Below are positions 28,998 to 39,070 of a stretch of DNA of 64,000 nt, piece by piece. Within the stretch, counting starts at the first letter, position 1. Every line of letters starts with the position of its first letter. The translations under genes and the position numbers were made by a program. This DNA comes from a virus. The stretch is taken from positions 1 through 64,000 of IMG/VR virus record IMGVR_UViG_3300017706_001340. One strand, written 5' to 3'. A model generated the notes under the pieces. It had not been told where the DNA came from and made no database searches. It saw nothing but the letters and a program-made list of their open reading frames with translations.

Positions 28998-29270
28998 TTA
29001 CATACTTGTATCGAAAGGTCTACGTTGTGTTGGTATCAAAACATCTAAACTACCATCCTTTTTCTTGGTTTTTTTAGATTTACGCTTGTCTTTCTTACCA
29101 CCTGTAGGTGTTCTCATGTCTCCAGGTGCATAAAAATCTGTGACTGGTGTGACAGCACCTCCATTACCCATGCTCCCTGCATCACCAAACACACCACCAG
29201 CACCTGCTGAATTGTCTTCTGATATATGCTTCATGAAGCATGTTTTATAATAATTTGTTTGCTTTTCCAT
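28998..29270 (-). CDS. Hypothetical late protein with basic C-terminus
   Basis: Probable start MEKQTNYY at 29270; 'DFYAPGDMRTP' and a Lys-rich tail. Confidence 0.55.
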   Translation of the reverse strand: MEKQTNYYKTCFMKHISEDNSAGAGGVFGDAGSMGNGGAVTPVTDFYAPGDMRTPTGGKKDKRKSKKTKKKDGSLDVLIPTQRRPFDTSM

Positions 29271-29303
29271 TGAATGTATACTATTATTTATGGAGTCACT
29301 TGC

Positions 29304-29699
29304 ATGAAACAATTAGAAGAATATATTAAAGAGATGGGTAAAGATGTCGATCTCGATGAATTCAATTTAAAAGAGTCACAACTGAAGCTACCTGCTATCA
29401 AGCATAAATGGGTTGGTAGGTTGATCAGGCATAAGAACGAATTGGAGAGATACAATACAAATAGAGATAACATGATCAAACAGATCGCTCAAGAAGTGAT
29501 CGATCAAGCAACATATCAAGTAACACTATTAACTGCTCAGAAGGCGGCTGAAAAACACCCAAGTATCAAGCAAATAAACGACTCAATACGTGAGCAAAAA
29601 TTGATAATAGAGTTCTTGGAGAAAGGTGAGAGAATTTTTGGTGGAATGGGATTCGATATTAAGAATATTATAGAAATAATGAAGCTCGAGACACTATGA
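29304..29699 (+). CDS. uvsY: Recombination mediator UvsY-like
   Basis: Helical protein 'D..LDE.NL.E...KLP.IKHKW...GFDIKNIIE' directly upstream of UvsW; GGAG SD before ATG 29304. Confidence 0.75.
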   Translation: MKQLEEYIKEMGKDVDLDEFNLKESQLKLPAIKHKWVGRLIRHKNELERYNTNRDNMIKQIAQEVIDQATYQVTLLTAQKAAEKHPSIKQINDSIREQKLIIEFLEKGERIFGGMGFDIKNIIEIMKLETL

Positions 29700-31153
29700 C
29701 GAAATCTACAGTAACATTTGATTATGATGCGAGAAAAAGATTGGCTCTCATGTCGGGAGATCACTTCGAGGAGATACGAGAACACTTTTCAGTTCATAAT
29801 GATGCTGCAAAGTTTGCTAGATACAAGAACAGGTTCATACCAAGCAGACGTTATGTTATAACACCTCAAGGTCGGTTCGAACCCGGACTCTATCACACCA
29901 TCAAGCAGTATATCCGGGACAACACCGAAGGGTGTAAGATACATATCACTGATAGCTTACGTGAGATAGTCAACCCGGGATATGACAGAGTGTATCATGA
30001 ATCCCGTGCCAAGCTGAGCCTGGACTTACGAGACTATCAACAGAGCATTGTGAGTGCTTGTTTGAAATATGGTCGTGGTGTGACTATACTGGCAACCGCT
30101 GGAGGAAAAACGCTAACAATTGCTAGCTTAATACAGAGTGTTTATCAGAGCTGCAAGCAATTGAAGTGTTTAATTTTGGTCCCGGATCTCGGTCTTGTGA
30201 ACCAAACTAGTAGTGACTTTCATGAGTATAGTACAACATTCCTTCACAGTAAGTGGACCGGTAGTGATAAATTAAACCTGGGTAGCAACGTAATAATTGC
30301 CAACATGGGAATTTTACAGAGTAGTAAATCTGAGACAGATTGGATCAAGGACATAGACATGCTGATAATTGACGAAGTGCACAAATTACGTAAAGATAAC
30401 AAGATAAACAAATTGATCAAGACTATTCGAACACCACATAAGTTTGGGTTTACTGGGACCATGCCTGAACAGCAGCTCGATCAATGGAATATAATAGGTA
30501 AGATAGGCAAAATACTATATGAACGTAACAGTTATCAATTACGTGAACAGCAGTATGTAGCGAAGGCACGAGTACAGGTTATAAAAATACTATACAATGA
30601 AAAACCACCGGTGTTCCCTGCTGATAGATTTGACCCTTCCGCACGATTTCGACGAGAGCAACAATTCATCGCGAAAAATACATTCCGGAACAGTGTCATA
30701 TCAAAACTGTCCGGGTCGTTTGATAACAATTGTTTGATAATGATAGATTATATTGAACATGGTGAAGAGTTGTACGGTATATTGCGTTCACAATGTCCTC
30801 AAAAGCAGGTGTTTTTCATCCGAGGTGACGTAGCAGTTGAAGAGCGAGACAAAGTTAAAAAATTAATGGAAAAAACAAGTGATGTGGTGTGTATTGCTAT
30901 ATCAAAAATATTTTCTACAGGAATTAACATCAAAAACCTCCATTATATTGTATTTGCAGGAGGTGGAAAGGCTAAGGTCAAAATAATACAGAGTATTGGT
31001 AGAGGTTTAAGGTTGCATAAGGATAAAAAAGGTGTTATAATTATAGACATAGCAGATATGTTACATTACGGATCACAACACTATACAAAGAGACTTAGTT
31101 TATATAAAGGAGAGAAAATTGATTATGGTATCAAAAAAATCGAACAAAAGTAA
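29696..31153 (+). CDS. uvsW: UvsW SF2 DNA helicase
   Basis: 'LRDYQ', 'ATAGGKT', 'DEVH', 'GFTGT', 'FSTGINI', 'QSIGRGLR'. Confidence 0.93.
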   Translation: MTKSTVTFDYDARKRLALMSGDHFEEIREHFSVHNDAAKFARYKNRFIPSRRYVITPQGRFEPGLYHTIKQYIRDNTEGCKIHITDSLREIVNPGYDRVYHESRAKLSLDLRDYQQSIVSACLKYGRGVTILATAGGKTLTIASLIQSVYQSCKQLKCLILVPDLGLVNQTSSDFHEYSTTFLHSKWTGSDKLNLGSNVIIANMGILQSSKSETDWIKDIDMLIIDEVHKLRKDNKINKLIKTIRTPHKFGFTGTMPEQQLDQWNIIGKIGKILYERNSYQLREQQYVAKARVQVIKILYNEKPPVFPADRFDPSARFRREQQFIAKNTFRNSVISKLSGSFDNNCLIMIDYIEHGEELYGILRSQCPQKQVFFIRGDVAVEERDKVKKLMEKTSDVVCIAISKIFSTGINIKNLHYIVFAGGGKAKVKIIQSIGRGLRLHKDKKGVIIIDIADMLHYGSQHYTKRLSLYKGEKIDYGIKKIEQK

Positions 31154-31577
31154 AAAACCGAAAAAGCCGCATTACGTCAACTCGAAAGAGTTCACTGAAG
31201 ATATAAAAGAGTACTACGGTAGTGGTGATGATGATATTGGTGAGAAACTTGGAGAAAGTATTTTTAAAATAGCAAAGGGTTTGAGTTATGCACCTAATTT
31301 CATCAACTATTCATACAAAGATGATATGGTTGGAGATGCAATTGTTAAGATGTTCTCAGCTCTACAGAGTAAGAAGTTCAATCTCGAGACCGGTAACAAT
31401 CCATTCTCTTACTTCACAACAATTGCTTTTCATGCTTTTATCAACAGAATCAAAAAAGAAAAGAAACAGAGACAGGTTGTGAGTGATTATCAAGAGATGG
31501 TATATGAGGAGCTTGCCAGTGAGTATCAAATAGGCAATCAGACTCAATCTAGTGATAGTATAGAGAATGGTTCTTAA
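31125..31577 (+). CDS. gp55: Late-transcription sigma factor (gp55)
   Basis: 'HYVNSKEF', 'IA.GLS..PNF.NYSYKDDM..D', 'NPFSYFTTIAFHAFINRIKKEKKQ'. Confidence 0.93.
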   Translation: MVSKKSNKSKKPKKPHYVNSKEFTEDIKEYYGSGDDDIGEKLGESIFKIAKGLSYAPNFINYSYKDDMVGDAIVKMFSALQSKKFNLETGNNPFSYFTTIAFHAFINRIKKEKKQRQVVSDYQEMVYEELASEYQIGNQTQSSDSIENGS

Positions 31578-32622
31578 TTTAAGGAACCGTAAGGTTTGTT
31601 GCGTTTCTGATATACATGTTGGTGTACATCAAAATTCAGCAATGTGGCATGATATCTCTATAGAATGGGCTCGGTGGTTACGGGATGAGCTGAAGGAAAA
31701 GGGTGTACAGGATATCATCATACCAGGAGATTTGTTTCATTACAGAGATGAGATAGCGGTTAACACAATCCATGTTGTCACGGAAATATTGAGAATATGG
31801 AAGCAGTTTAATATAGTGTTACTTGTAGGAAATCATGATGCATTTTACAAAGACAAATCAGATATAAACTCTCTAAGTATACTGAGTGGATGGGATAATA
31901 TAACAGTTGTTGAAACGCCAACATTATACGAGTATAAAACACGAAAGATAATGATTTGTCCATGGGGTACGACAGTCAAACAAATAGATCCATGTGACAT
32001 CATATTCGGTCATTTTGAGATACAATCATTCAAATTCAATCAACACAAGGTGTGTGAGGAAGGAATAAAAAGTGATACACTTTTAAAGCGCGCTCCATTA
32101 GTGATAACAGGGCATTTTCACTTGAGAGAAGAGCGTAAGTATAAGAATGGAACTATATTATATGTCGGTAATCCATACCAGATGGATTTTGGTGATGTGT
32201 ACAGTAGTAAAGGTTATTATATTTTAGATATGATGACTGGAGAGTATGATTTTCATGAGAATAACATATCACCAACACACCAAAAAATAAAACTATCTCA
32301 AATAGTTCAACATGAATCCTTATCATCTGAAGTGATTCAGATTTTCAATAATAATATTGTCAAGTTGATTGTGGATCTCCCGGTGGCTCCAGATGATATG
32401 GATGTACTTCTCAAAAAATTTATACAACTCAACGCGATGAGCATAACCGTCGATTATGATATCAACTTTAATAAATTTGGCCTGGAAGATAGTGATGATC
32501 ACGACTTGTCCGGAGTTGATATACCAATCGCGATTGAGGAATTCGTCAATTTGCTAGAAGATGTGCCTAATAAGCAGCAAATAATTGAATACACAGTGGA
32601 TTTATACAAAAGAAATAGATGA
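31567..32622 (+). CDS. gp47: Recombination endonuclease subunit (gp47, Mre11/SbcD-like)
   Basis: 'SDIHVG', 'GDLF', 'GNHD', 'GHFE', 'GHFH', 'YVGNP'. Confidence 0.93.
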   Translation: MVLNLRNRKVCCVSDIHVGVHQNSAMWHDISIEWARWLRDELKEKGVQDIIIPGDLFHYRDEIAVNTIHVVTEILRIWKQFNIVLLVGNHDAFYKDKSDINSLSILSGWDNITVVETPTLYEYKTRKIMICPWGTTVKQIDPCDIIFGHFEIQSFKFNQHKVCEEGIKSDTLLKRAPLVITGHFHLREERKYKNGTILYVGNPYQMDFGDVYSSKGYYILDMMTGEYDFHENNISPTHQKIKLSQIVQHESLSSEVIQIFNNNIVKLIVDLPVAPDDMDVLLKKFIQLNAMSITVDYDINFNKFGLEDSDDHDLSGVDIPIAIEEFVNLLEDVPNKQQIIEYTVDLYKRNR

Positions 32623-34433
32623 AATATGTTGATTTTAAGCGAGTTGAGATAAAAAACTTTTTGAGTGTTGGTGAGTCACCTGTTGTGATAGAGTTCAACA
32701 AGGGTTTGAACATCATAACAGGTAACAACAAAGATAAGCTCGACAGAAGAAATGGTGTTGGTAAGAGTACTGTTGCTGACAGTGTGTATTTTGCTATTTT
32801 CGGTAGCACACTTAGAGAGTTGAAGAAAGATCACATTGTCAATAACATAACTCAACGAAATTGTTCAATTGAGCTAGATTTCAATATAAACACAGATGGT
32901 GTTATTAGCGAATATAAGATATCACGCAGATTGAGCCCCACTAAGTGTAATTTGTATAAGGATGGTGAGGATATAACTCGTGACACCATACAGAATACCA
33001 CTCAATATGTACAGGAGTTGTTAAACACTACACCTGAAGTGTTTCAGAACTGTGTGATCATGACTATAAACAACACTGTACCGTTTATGGCCAAGAAAAA
33101 GCTTGAGAAACGGAAGTTTATCGAAGGTATCTTCAACTTACAGGTATTCAGCAACATGTTGACAGATGTAAGGGCAGAGTACAACAAGGTTAACAAGGAT
33201 TTAGATATTGAGTGTGCTAGATATGAAGAAATATCAAACACACTGAGCAATCAGCAGAAGCAACAGTCAGATGCCGAGCAAGACATCATTCGTAACAAAC
33301 AAAAACTGGTTCTCCGGAAAGCGAATTGTGAAAAGGATATAAAATCAATAGAATTGGAAATTGATGATGTATCGCCAATAAACACAGATGATATAACCGA
33401 GAAGATCAACAAGATAGACAGTATCATACCTAAAGCAGAAGCAAAGATGCAAGAATTGATAGGTACAGAGAGTAAACTATCTGCGATGGTTGAGGTTAAC
33501 AAAACCAAACGATCAAAAATAAGTGATGAACACACAACATGCCCGACATGCTTACATAAACTTGATACTGAACATAAACATTTAATAAGGGAGGAAAAAG
33601 AACGTATAACAGATCAAATAGCAACATATCAAGAAGCTAGAGAGAAGGTGGCCGCTGAACTTAAAGAATCAGTTGAGTTGAAGTCAAAGTTAACGACCGG
33701 GAGAAGAGAGTTAACAAGCAAATTACAACAAGCTCAGATCGAGAGACACAAACATAAGAATTTGAGAGATCAACTTAGCAATCTACAATCTCAGATGAGT
33801 GATATTGATGATGATATCAAGTCAGTTGATAAAAATAGCGTGAGCTATGATAAAATGTTGAGTGACACATCTGACCGGCTTGATAAGACACAAGTTGATA
33901 TAGATCGAATAAAAACAGAACTAGCAAAGCTAGAGATAATTAAGTTTATTGTCAGTGAGGAGGGTGTCAAGTCGTATATCGTCAAGAAAATACTACAACT
34001 GTTCAATTCCAAGTTGGCGTATTATCTCAAGAGGATGGACAGTAACTGTATTTGTGTGTTCAATGAATATTTTGAGGATGAAATTGTTGATGAAAAAGGC
34101 AAACCTTGCTCGTACTTCAACTTCAGTGGAGCTGAAAGAAAAAATATCGACCTGGCTTGCTTGTTCGCGTTTATGGACATAAGAAGATTGCAAGGTGATG
34201 TTGCGTTCAATTTCAGCATGTATGATGAGTTGTTTGATAGTAGTTTAGATGAACGAGGTGTAGAGCTCGTTATTGAGATTTTAAAGGAGCGAATAGATTC
34301 ATTCAATGAATGTATCATGGTGATAAGTCACCGTAAAGAAAGTACCAAGCTGGCCACCGGTGAGGTTATATTTCTTGAGAAGCAAAACGGTGTGACGACA
34401 CGAGTTGAAACACCAGAAAGTGAACTTAAATAA
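32619..34433 (+). CDS. gp46: Recombination ATPase subunit (gp46, Rad50/SbcC-like)
   Basis: 'KNFLSVG', 'NGVGKS', coiled coil with 'CPTC' hook, 'FSGAE', 'DE.FDSSLD', 'ISH'. Confidence 0.93.
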   Translation: MKYVDFKRVEIKNFLSVGESPVVIEFNKGLNIITGNNKDKLDRRNGVGKSTVADSVYFAIFGSTLRELKKDHIVNNITQRNCSIELDFNINTDGVISEYKISRRLSPTKCNLYKDGEDITRDTIQNTTQYVQELLNTTPEVFQNCVIMTINNTVPFMAKKKLEKRKFIEGIFNLQVFSNMLTDVRAEYNKVNKDLDIECARYEEISNTLSNQQKQQSDAEQDIIRNKQKLVLRKANCEKDIKSIELEIDDVSPINTDDITEKINKIDSIIPKAEAKMQELIGTESKLSAMVEVNKTKRSKISDEHTTCPTCLHKLDTEHKHLIREEKERITDQIATYQEAREKVAAELKESVELKSKLTTGRRELTSKLQQAQIERHKHKNLRDQLSNLQSQMSDIDDDIKSVDKNSVSYDKMLSDTSDRLDKTQVDIDRIKTELAKLEIIKFIVSEEGVKSYIVKKILQLFNSKLAYYLKRMDSNCICVFNEYFEDEIVDEKGKPCSYFNFSGAERKNIDLACLFAFMDIRRLQGDVAFNFSMYDELFDSSLDERGVELVIEILKERIDSFNECIMVISHRKESTKLATGEVIFLEKQNGVTTRVETPESELK

Positions 34434-34437
34434 AAAT

Positions 34438-35688
34438 ATGCGAACACAAATACCAAATGCATCTGTTATAGGTCTGAACACTGTGCAAGGTACAGTGATA
34501 GGATCCAAACAAAATCAACCAACCTCTCCGATAGGTAAAAGACCTCAGAGTAATCGTATAACACCCCAAACTAGACCGCGAGAAACTCAGATGCCTCGAG
34601 GTTTGAATTACTATGCTGATTTTAGTGGTTGTGGATTTTGGCGGATGTTGTGGCCAGAGCACACATTGAATGCATATCAGAAGGCGGTCATTCATGGTAG
34701 TACGGTGATGGTGACTGATGAGAAATATTATACTAACGTCAAGTGTGTACGTATACAGCGCCAAGCAACACCCAGTCAAATGAAGTTTGTCAAGTATCTC
34801 AAGCAGTTGGGTGACAAGATGAACTTCAATGTTGTGTACGAGATTGATGATATTGTGTTTCATGAAGACATTCCAGATTACAACAAATTCAAAGGTGCGT
34901 TTGTTGATGATGATATAAGAAAGGCCACCACTAGTATGATGCAGATGTGTGATGAGATCACTGTCACGTGTGATTATATGAAGCAGTATTATATCGACAA
35001 AACTGGTAACAAGAATGTTAGTATAATACCTAATTATCCACCTAGATATTGGTTGGATCAATATGATGAACAAATGACTGAGAAAAATTTCAGTAAAAGA
35101 AAGAAAAAACCTCGGGTATTGTATGCAGGTAGTGGCGCACACTTTGATGTTGACAATTTAGCTGGTCAACGTGATGATTTTTATCATGTGGTTGAAACAG
35201 TCAAAAAGACAATCAACAAATATCAATGGGTGTTCATTGGTGCATTCCCAGTTGGTTTGAGATCACTGGTACAGCAGGGCAAGATAGAGTTTTATCCATG
35301 GACGTCACTGTATGATTATCCGAGATTAGTTAAGAAGATTCGCCCTAATGTGATGGTAGCACCGTTAATCGATAATATATTCAATAGATCCAAGAGTGAT
35401 CTAAAGTTTGTTGAGGGTTGTGCGTTGGGTGTACCAGCAATTTGTCAGGATATGTGCACATATGAAAATGCACACTATAAATTCAATACAGGTGATGAGA
35501 TGGTTGATCAGATAGACAATCTGATGAAAGATAAATCGATGTACATGAAAGCAGTGCGTCGCGGTCGGATGGAAGCAGAACTCAGATGGTTAGAACATCC
35601 AGATAATCTACAAAAATATGTAGAGTTATACACATTACCGTATGGTCATAAGGACCGTGTGCAATTGAACAAGCTAAATGGTTGCTAG
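34438..35688 (+). CDS. GT-B (GT4-like) glycosyltransferase
   Basis: 'SGCGFWR', 'YEIDD', 'APL.DN.FNRSKSDLKFVE'; TAAATA 5 nt before ATG 34438. Confidence 0.75.
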   Translation: MRTQIPNASVIGLNTVQGTVIGSKQNQPTSPIGKRPQSNRITPQTRPRETQMPRGLNYYADFSGCGFWRMLWPEHTLNAYQKAVIHGSTVMVTDEKYYTNVKCVRIQRQATPSQMKFVKYLKQLGDKMNFNVVYEIDDIVFHEDIPDYNKFKGAFVDDDIRKATTSMMQMCDEITVTCDYMKQYYIDKTGNKNVSIIPNYPPRYWLDQYDEQMTEKNFSKRKKKPRVLYAGSGAHFDVDNLAGQRDDFYHVVETVKKTINKYQWVFIGAFPVGLRSLVQQGKIEFYPWTSLYDYPRLVKKIRPNVMVAPLIDNIFNRSKSDLKFVEGCALGVPAICQDMCTYENAHYKFNTGDEMVDQIDNLMKDKSMYMKAVRRGRMEAELRWLEHPDNLQKYVELYTLPYGHKDRVQLNKLNGC

Positions 35689-36036
35689 TATAGCAACTAT
35701 GTTAATTTTTGTACCTTTAGAGTGTTTAAGTTTTAAAAATTGTTTCTTGTTTACCCACTTGTAATTTTTATGTTCATTAGACAGATTCACCTTGAGTATC
35801 TTGGGTGTAGCTACAAACAACTCAAAATCATTTTGTCTTATTAATGTCTTGAGTTTTGCGATTTTGATACCAGTTTCTTCAAAAACCTCTCGCTTCGCAC
35901 CTTGTGTGAAATTTTCACCGACATTCAAGTGTCCACCCGGTAATTCCCAGCCATCACCGTTGATACGTTCGAGCATTAAGCACTTGTCTCTCCATAACAT
36001 AATAACTTTTGCAACTTTATTGGTATCTACACTCAT
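35674..36036 (-). CDS. NUDIX hydrolase
   Basis: 'WELPGGHLNVGENFTQGAKREVFEETGI' Nudix box, 'EH..YKW'. Confidence 0.93.
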   Translation of the reverse strand: MSVDTNKVAKVIMLWRDKCLMLERINGDGWELPGGHLNVGENFTQGAKREVFEETGIKIAKLKTLIRQNDFELFVATPKILKVNLSNEHKNYKWVNKKQFLKLKHSKGTKINIVAILATI

Positions 36037-36044
36037 ATGTCAAG

Positions 36045-36080
36045 TATTTAGTTGACTAAAATGACAATAACAAGTATAAT
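36045..36080. promoter_or_regulatory. Back-to-back late (minus) and sigma70 (plus) promoters
   Basis: TAAATA on minus at 36045-36050; TTGACT-N17-TATAAT at 36052-36080, 6 nt to the polymerase ATG. Confidence 0.85.
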
Positions 36081-36086
36081 ATAGCT

Positions 36087-38651
36087 ATGTACAGAAACGT
36101 TTGCTACAATCCTAGAGATGAAACAGTAACCCTATTTACTTGGGATGATAATGGAACACGTATCGCGGTCGATATGAGTTACAACCCGTACATCTATACA
36201 GAGACAACACTCAAAAGTGACGCTCAGAGTATATTCGAAACACCACTACGTAAGAAATTATTCAAAGATACGAGACATAGAAACAATTATATAAAGGAAT
36301 GTGGAACCAACAGAGTTTTTGAGAACATCCGACCAGAACAACAGTTTCTGATAGATACATTCTGGAAGAAAAATGAGGAATTAGAATTCACACAACATCC
36401 ACTCAAAATACATTATATAGATATTGAGGTTTATTGTCCGGATGTTTTTCCAACACCTGATGAAGCTGCACAACCGATAAACATCATAACTGTGTATGAT
36501 TCTATAGATAAGCGCTTCTACACTTGGGGTACCAGTCGATTGGAAAAGAATATTAAGGATTGTGATTATGTGTTTTGTCAAACGGAGCAACAACTGCTGG
36601 AGTGTTATCTGAATTATGTGTGTAGATCACAACCAGATATTATATCCGGATGGAACAGTGAGGGTTTTGATATACCTTATATTGTTAATCGATGTGTACG
36701 CATTTTAGGTGAGGATAGTATCAAGAAATTGAGTCCAGTGGAGAATATATACAGTAGAATGATGACTGGAGCCTTCGGTAAGGAACAGCAACGGTGGTAT
36801 ATAAGTGGTGTGTCGTGCGTTGATTACCTGGATATTTACAAGAAATTTAGTATTGGGTTGAGAGAAAGTTACAAGTTAGATGCAATAGCAGAACTAGAGT
36901 TAGGTTCCCGGAAGGTTGATTATGGTAACACAAATTTAAGCTCATTAGCTGATGAGGATTGGCAGACCTTTGTTGAGTATAACATACAGGATGTAAATCT
37001 ACTTGTTGAGCTGGAGGATAAATTACGCTACCTTGAATTGCTTCGCATGTTAGCATATACAGGTTTAACCACAATTGAAAGTGCCATGGGTACTTTGAGT
37101 GTGATAACCGGTGCCACTGTTATCAAGGCTCGGAGTAAGGACCTTGTTGTACCAACCTTCATAAAGGACAATTCCAATGCAGCTAAGTATGAAGGAGCAT
37201 ATGTGGGTGAACCTCAACGTGGTTTTCAACATGCAGTTATAAGTTTTGATGCGAACAGCTTGTATCCTAACACGATGATAAGTCTCAATTTAAGTCCAGA
37301 GACAAAAGTCGGTAGAATAACTCACAAGGATGACGAGTTTGTTTATCTTAAGCATGTCACCGGGAAGGATTTTAAATTAACACATCAAGGATTTATGGAT
37401 TTTGTGAGAAAGGAAGATATCGCCATATCCAAAGCTAAAATATTATTCACACAAAAGAAAAAAGGTATCATGCCTGAGATCGTCGATGGTATCTATCAAC
37501 AACGCGTTGAAGTGAAGAAGACACTCAAGAAACTGTTGATACAATTATCAAAAATGAGCTCAGAAGATCCGGATCGATCCGCCATACAGCGGCAGGCTGA
37601 TCAATTAGACATAAAACAGTTCACATTAAAGATCTTGATCAATACTGTTTACGGTTATTTTGGTAACAAACATGCTCCGATTGGTGATCCTGATATAGCA
37701 CGTAGTATCACGTTGACAGGTCAAGCTGTTATCAAAAAATCTAACGATATCTTACGGGATTACGTTAATATTCACGGTTCACCTGGAGCTGACCCAGTTA
37801 TATACAATGATACAGACAGTAGTTACATTTCTATTGATAGAATAATGGACAAGATAGGAGATGACTTTAGTACTGATGGTATTATTGCGAAATCTGCATA
37901 TGAACAAGCACAATCAGTTGAGGATCACTTAAATGAAGAGATAACCAAATGGAGTGCCACTGCTTTGAATAGTAAGGATAGTAGATTTGTGTTCAAGCGT
38001 GAATGTATGAGTGATGTCGGTGTGTTTCTACAGAAAAAACGCTACGTGCTACATGTTTTAGATGATGAGGGTATTCCTGTAAATAAATACAAGTATACAG
38101 GAGTAGAAGTTGTCAGGAGCACGATTCCTGCGCCTGTTAAACCGTATATCAAGAAGATAATCGAGACAATGATGTCAACAGAGAGTAGATCAGAGACCAA
38201 TGATGTATTTTTGAAAGCATATGACACATTCAAATCATTACCTATAGAGGATTATTCTTTTGTGATGGGTATATCAGATTATGATAAATATGCAACTCGA
38301 TGTAACGGGTTTGTTACTGCAAAGGGCATGCCAGCACATGTAAAGGCTGCATATCACTACAATATGTTACTAGAGAAGATAGGGTTATCAGGTTTATATG
38401 AAGCAATTGACACCGGTGATAAAGTTAGATACTTTTATGTAAATCAACCAAACAAGTACGGTATAAAAGCAGTCGCATACAAATATTATTATCCAGATGA
38501 ATTCAAGAAGATATTTGAACCGGACAAAGAAAAGATGTTTGAAAAAATCATATACAGTATCATCGAGAGGTTCTATGAATCAGTGAAATGGAAGCTAAAC
38601 AAACCGAGTGCACAGGTACAGACAGATTTATTCGATCTATTAGGCGTTTAA
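36087..38651 (+). CDS. gp43: Family B DNA polymerase (gp43)
   Basis: ExoI 'DIEV', ExoII 'GWNSEGFDIPY', ExoIII 'YNIQD', motif A 'SFDANSLYP', B 'KILINTVYG', C 'YNDTDS'. Confidence 0.96.
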   Translation: MYRNVCYNPRDETVTLFTWDDNGTRIAVDMSYNPYIYTETTLKSDAQSIFETPLRKKLFKDTRHRNNYIKECGTNRVFENIRPEQQFLIDTFWKKNEELEFTQHPLKIHYIDIEVYCPDVFPTPDEAAQPINIITVYDSIDKRFYTWGTSRLEKNIKDCDYVFCQTEQQLLECYLNYVCRSQPDIISGWNSEGFDIPYIVNRCVRILGEDSIKKLSPVENIYSRMMTGAFGKEQQRWYISGVSCVDYLDIYKKFSIGLRESYKLDAIAELELGSRKVDYGNTNLSSLADEDWQTFVEYNIQDVNLLVELEDKLRYLELLRMLAYTGLTTIESAMGTLSVITGATVIKARSKDLVVPTFIKDNSNAAKYEGAYVGEPQRGFQHAVISFDANSLYPNTMISLNLSPETKVGRITHKDDEFVYLKHVTGKDFKLTHQGFMDFVRKEDIAISKAKILFTQKKKGIMPEIVDGIYQQRVEVKKTLKKLLIQLSKMSSEDPDRSAIQRQADQLDIKQFTLKILINTVYGYFGNKHAPIGDPDIARSITLTGQAVIKKSNDILRDYVNIHGSPGADPVIYNDTDSSYISIDRIMDKIGDDFSTDGIIAKSAYEQAQSVEDHLNEEITKWSATALNSKDSRFVFKRECMSDVGVFLQKKRYVLHVLDDEGIPVNKYKYTGVEVVRSTIPAPVKPYIKKIIETMMSTESRSETNDVFLKAYDTFKSLPIEDYSFVMGISDYDKYATRCNGFVTAKGMPAHVKAAYHYNMLLEKIGLSGLYEAIDTGDKVRYFYVNQPNKYGIKAVAYKYYYPDEFKKIFEPDKEKMFEKIIYSIIERFYESVKWKLNKPSAQVQTDLFDLLGV

Positions 38652-38689
38652 CAGTAGATTTCAGTAACAAAATAGTATATCATAACAAT

Positions 38690-39070
38690 ATGGACAAAAT
38701 AATAACATTCGTAGATAATGTAGGTCGTGTAATCGTCGGTCAAAAAGTAAAGTCTAAGGACACTAGTATATGGAGTATCAAAGAACCTGCAGTAGTTAAC
38801 GTGCAAGTCAGTCAAGAGAACGGTCAAATTTCTGTTCAACTACTACCATTTGTATTCAGGGAGTTCATTTCAGCAGAAGCGCGAGAAGCGGGTGTTGTTT
38901 GGGACTTCAACAAGAATAACATAGTCACAAGTAATAACTTAGTACTTGATGATAACATTAAAACCCAATATGAAAACATATTCACAAAGCCAGTTGCTGT
39001 TGCACAGAAGCAACCAGCCCCGGCTCCGGTTGAACCAGAAGTTGTAAAGTTATTTGATGACGAAGATTGA
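38690..39070 (+). CDS. Hypothetical protein (DUF6173/Sm-like small beta protein)
   Basis: Probable start MDKIIT at 38690; sits between polymerase and uvsX. Confidence 0.6.
   Translation: MDKIITFVDNVGRVIVGQKVKSKDTSIWSIKEPAVVNVQVSQENGQISVQLLPFVFREFISAEAREAGVVWDFNKNNIVTSNNLVLDDNIKTQYENIFTKPVAVAQKQPAPAPVEPEVVKLFDDED

Noticed and set aside
29290-29307. Mini-ORF MESLA* overlapping the uvsY start, downstream of TATACT
   Set aside because: It is more simply explained by the GGAG Shine-Dalgarno of uvsY and is too short to support.
34426-35142. 238-aa antisense ORF (and similar shadow ORFs such as 40308-40769 and 48034-48513)
   Set aside because: They lie opposite well-supported genes and have no motifs or promoters.
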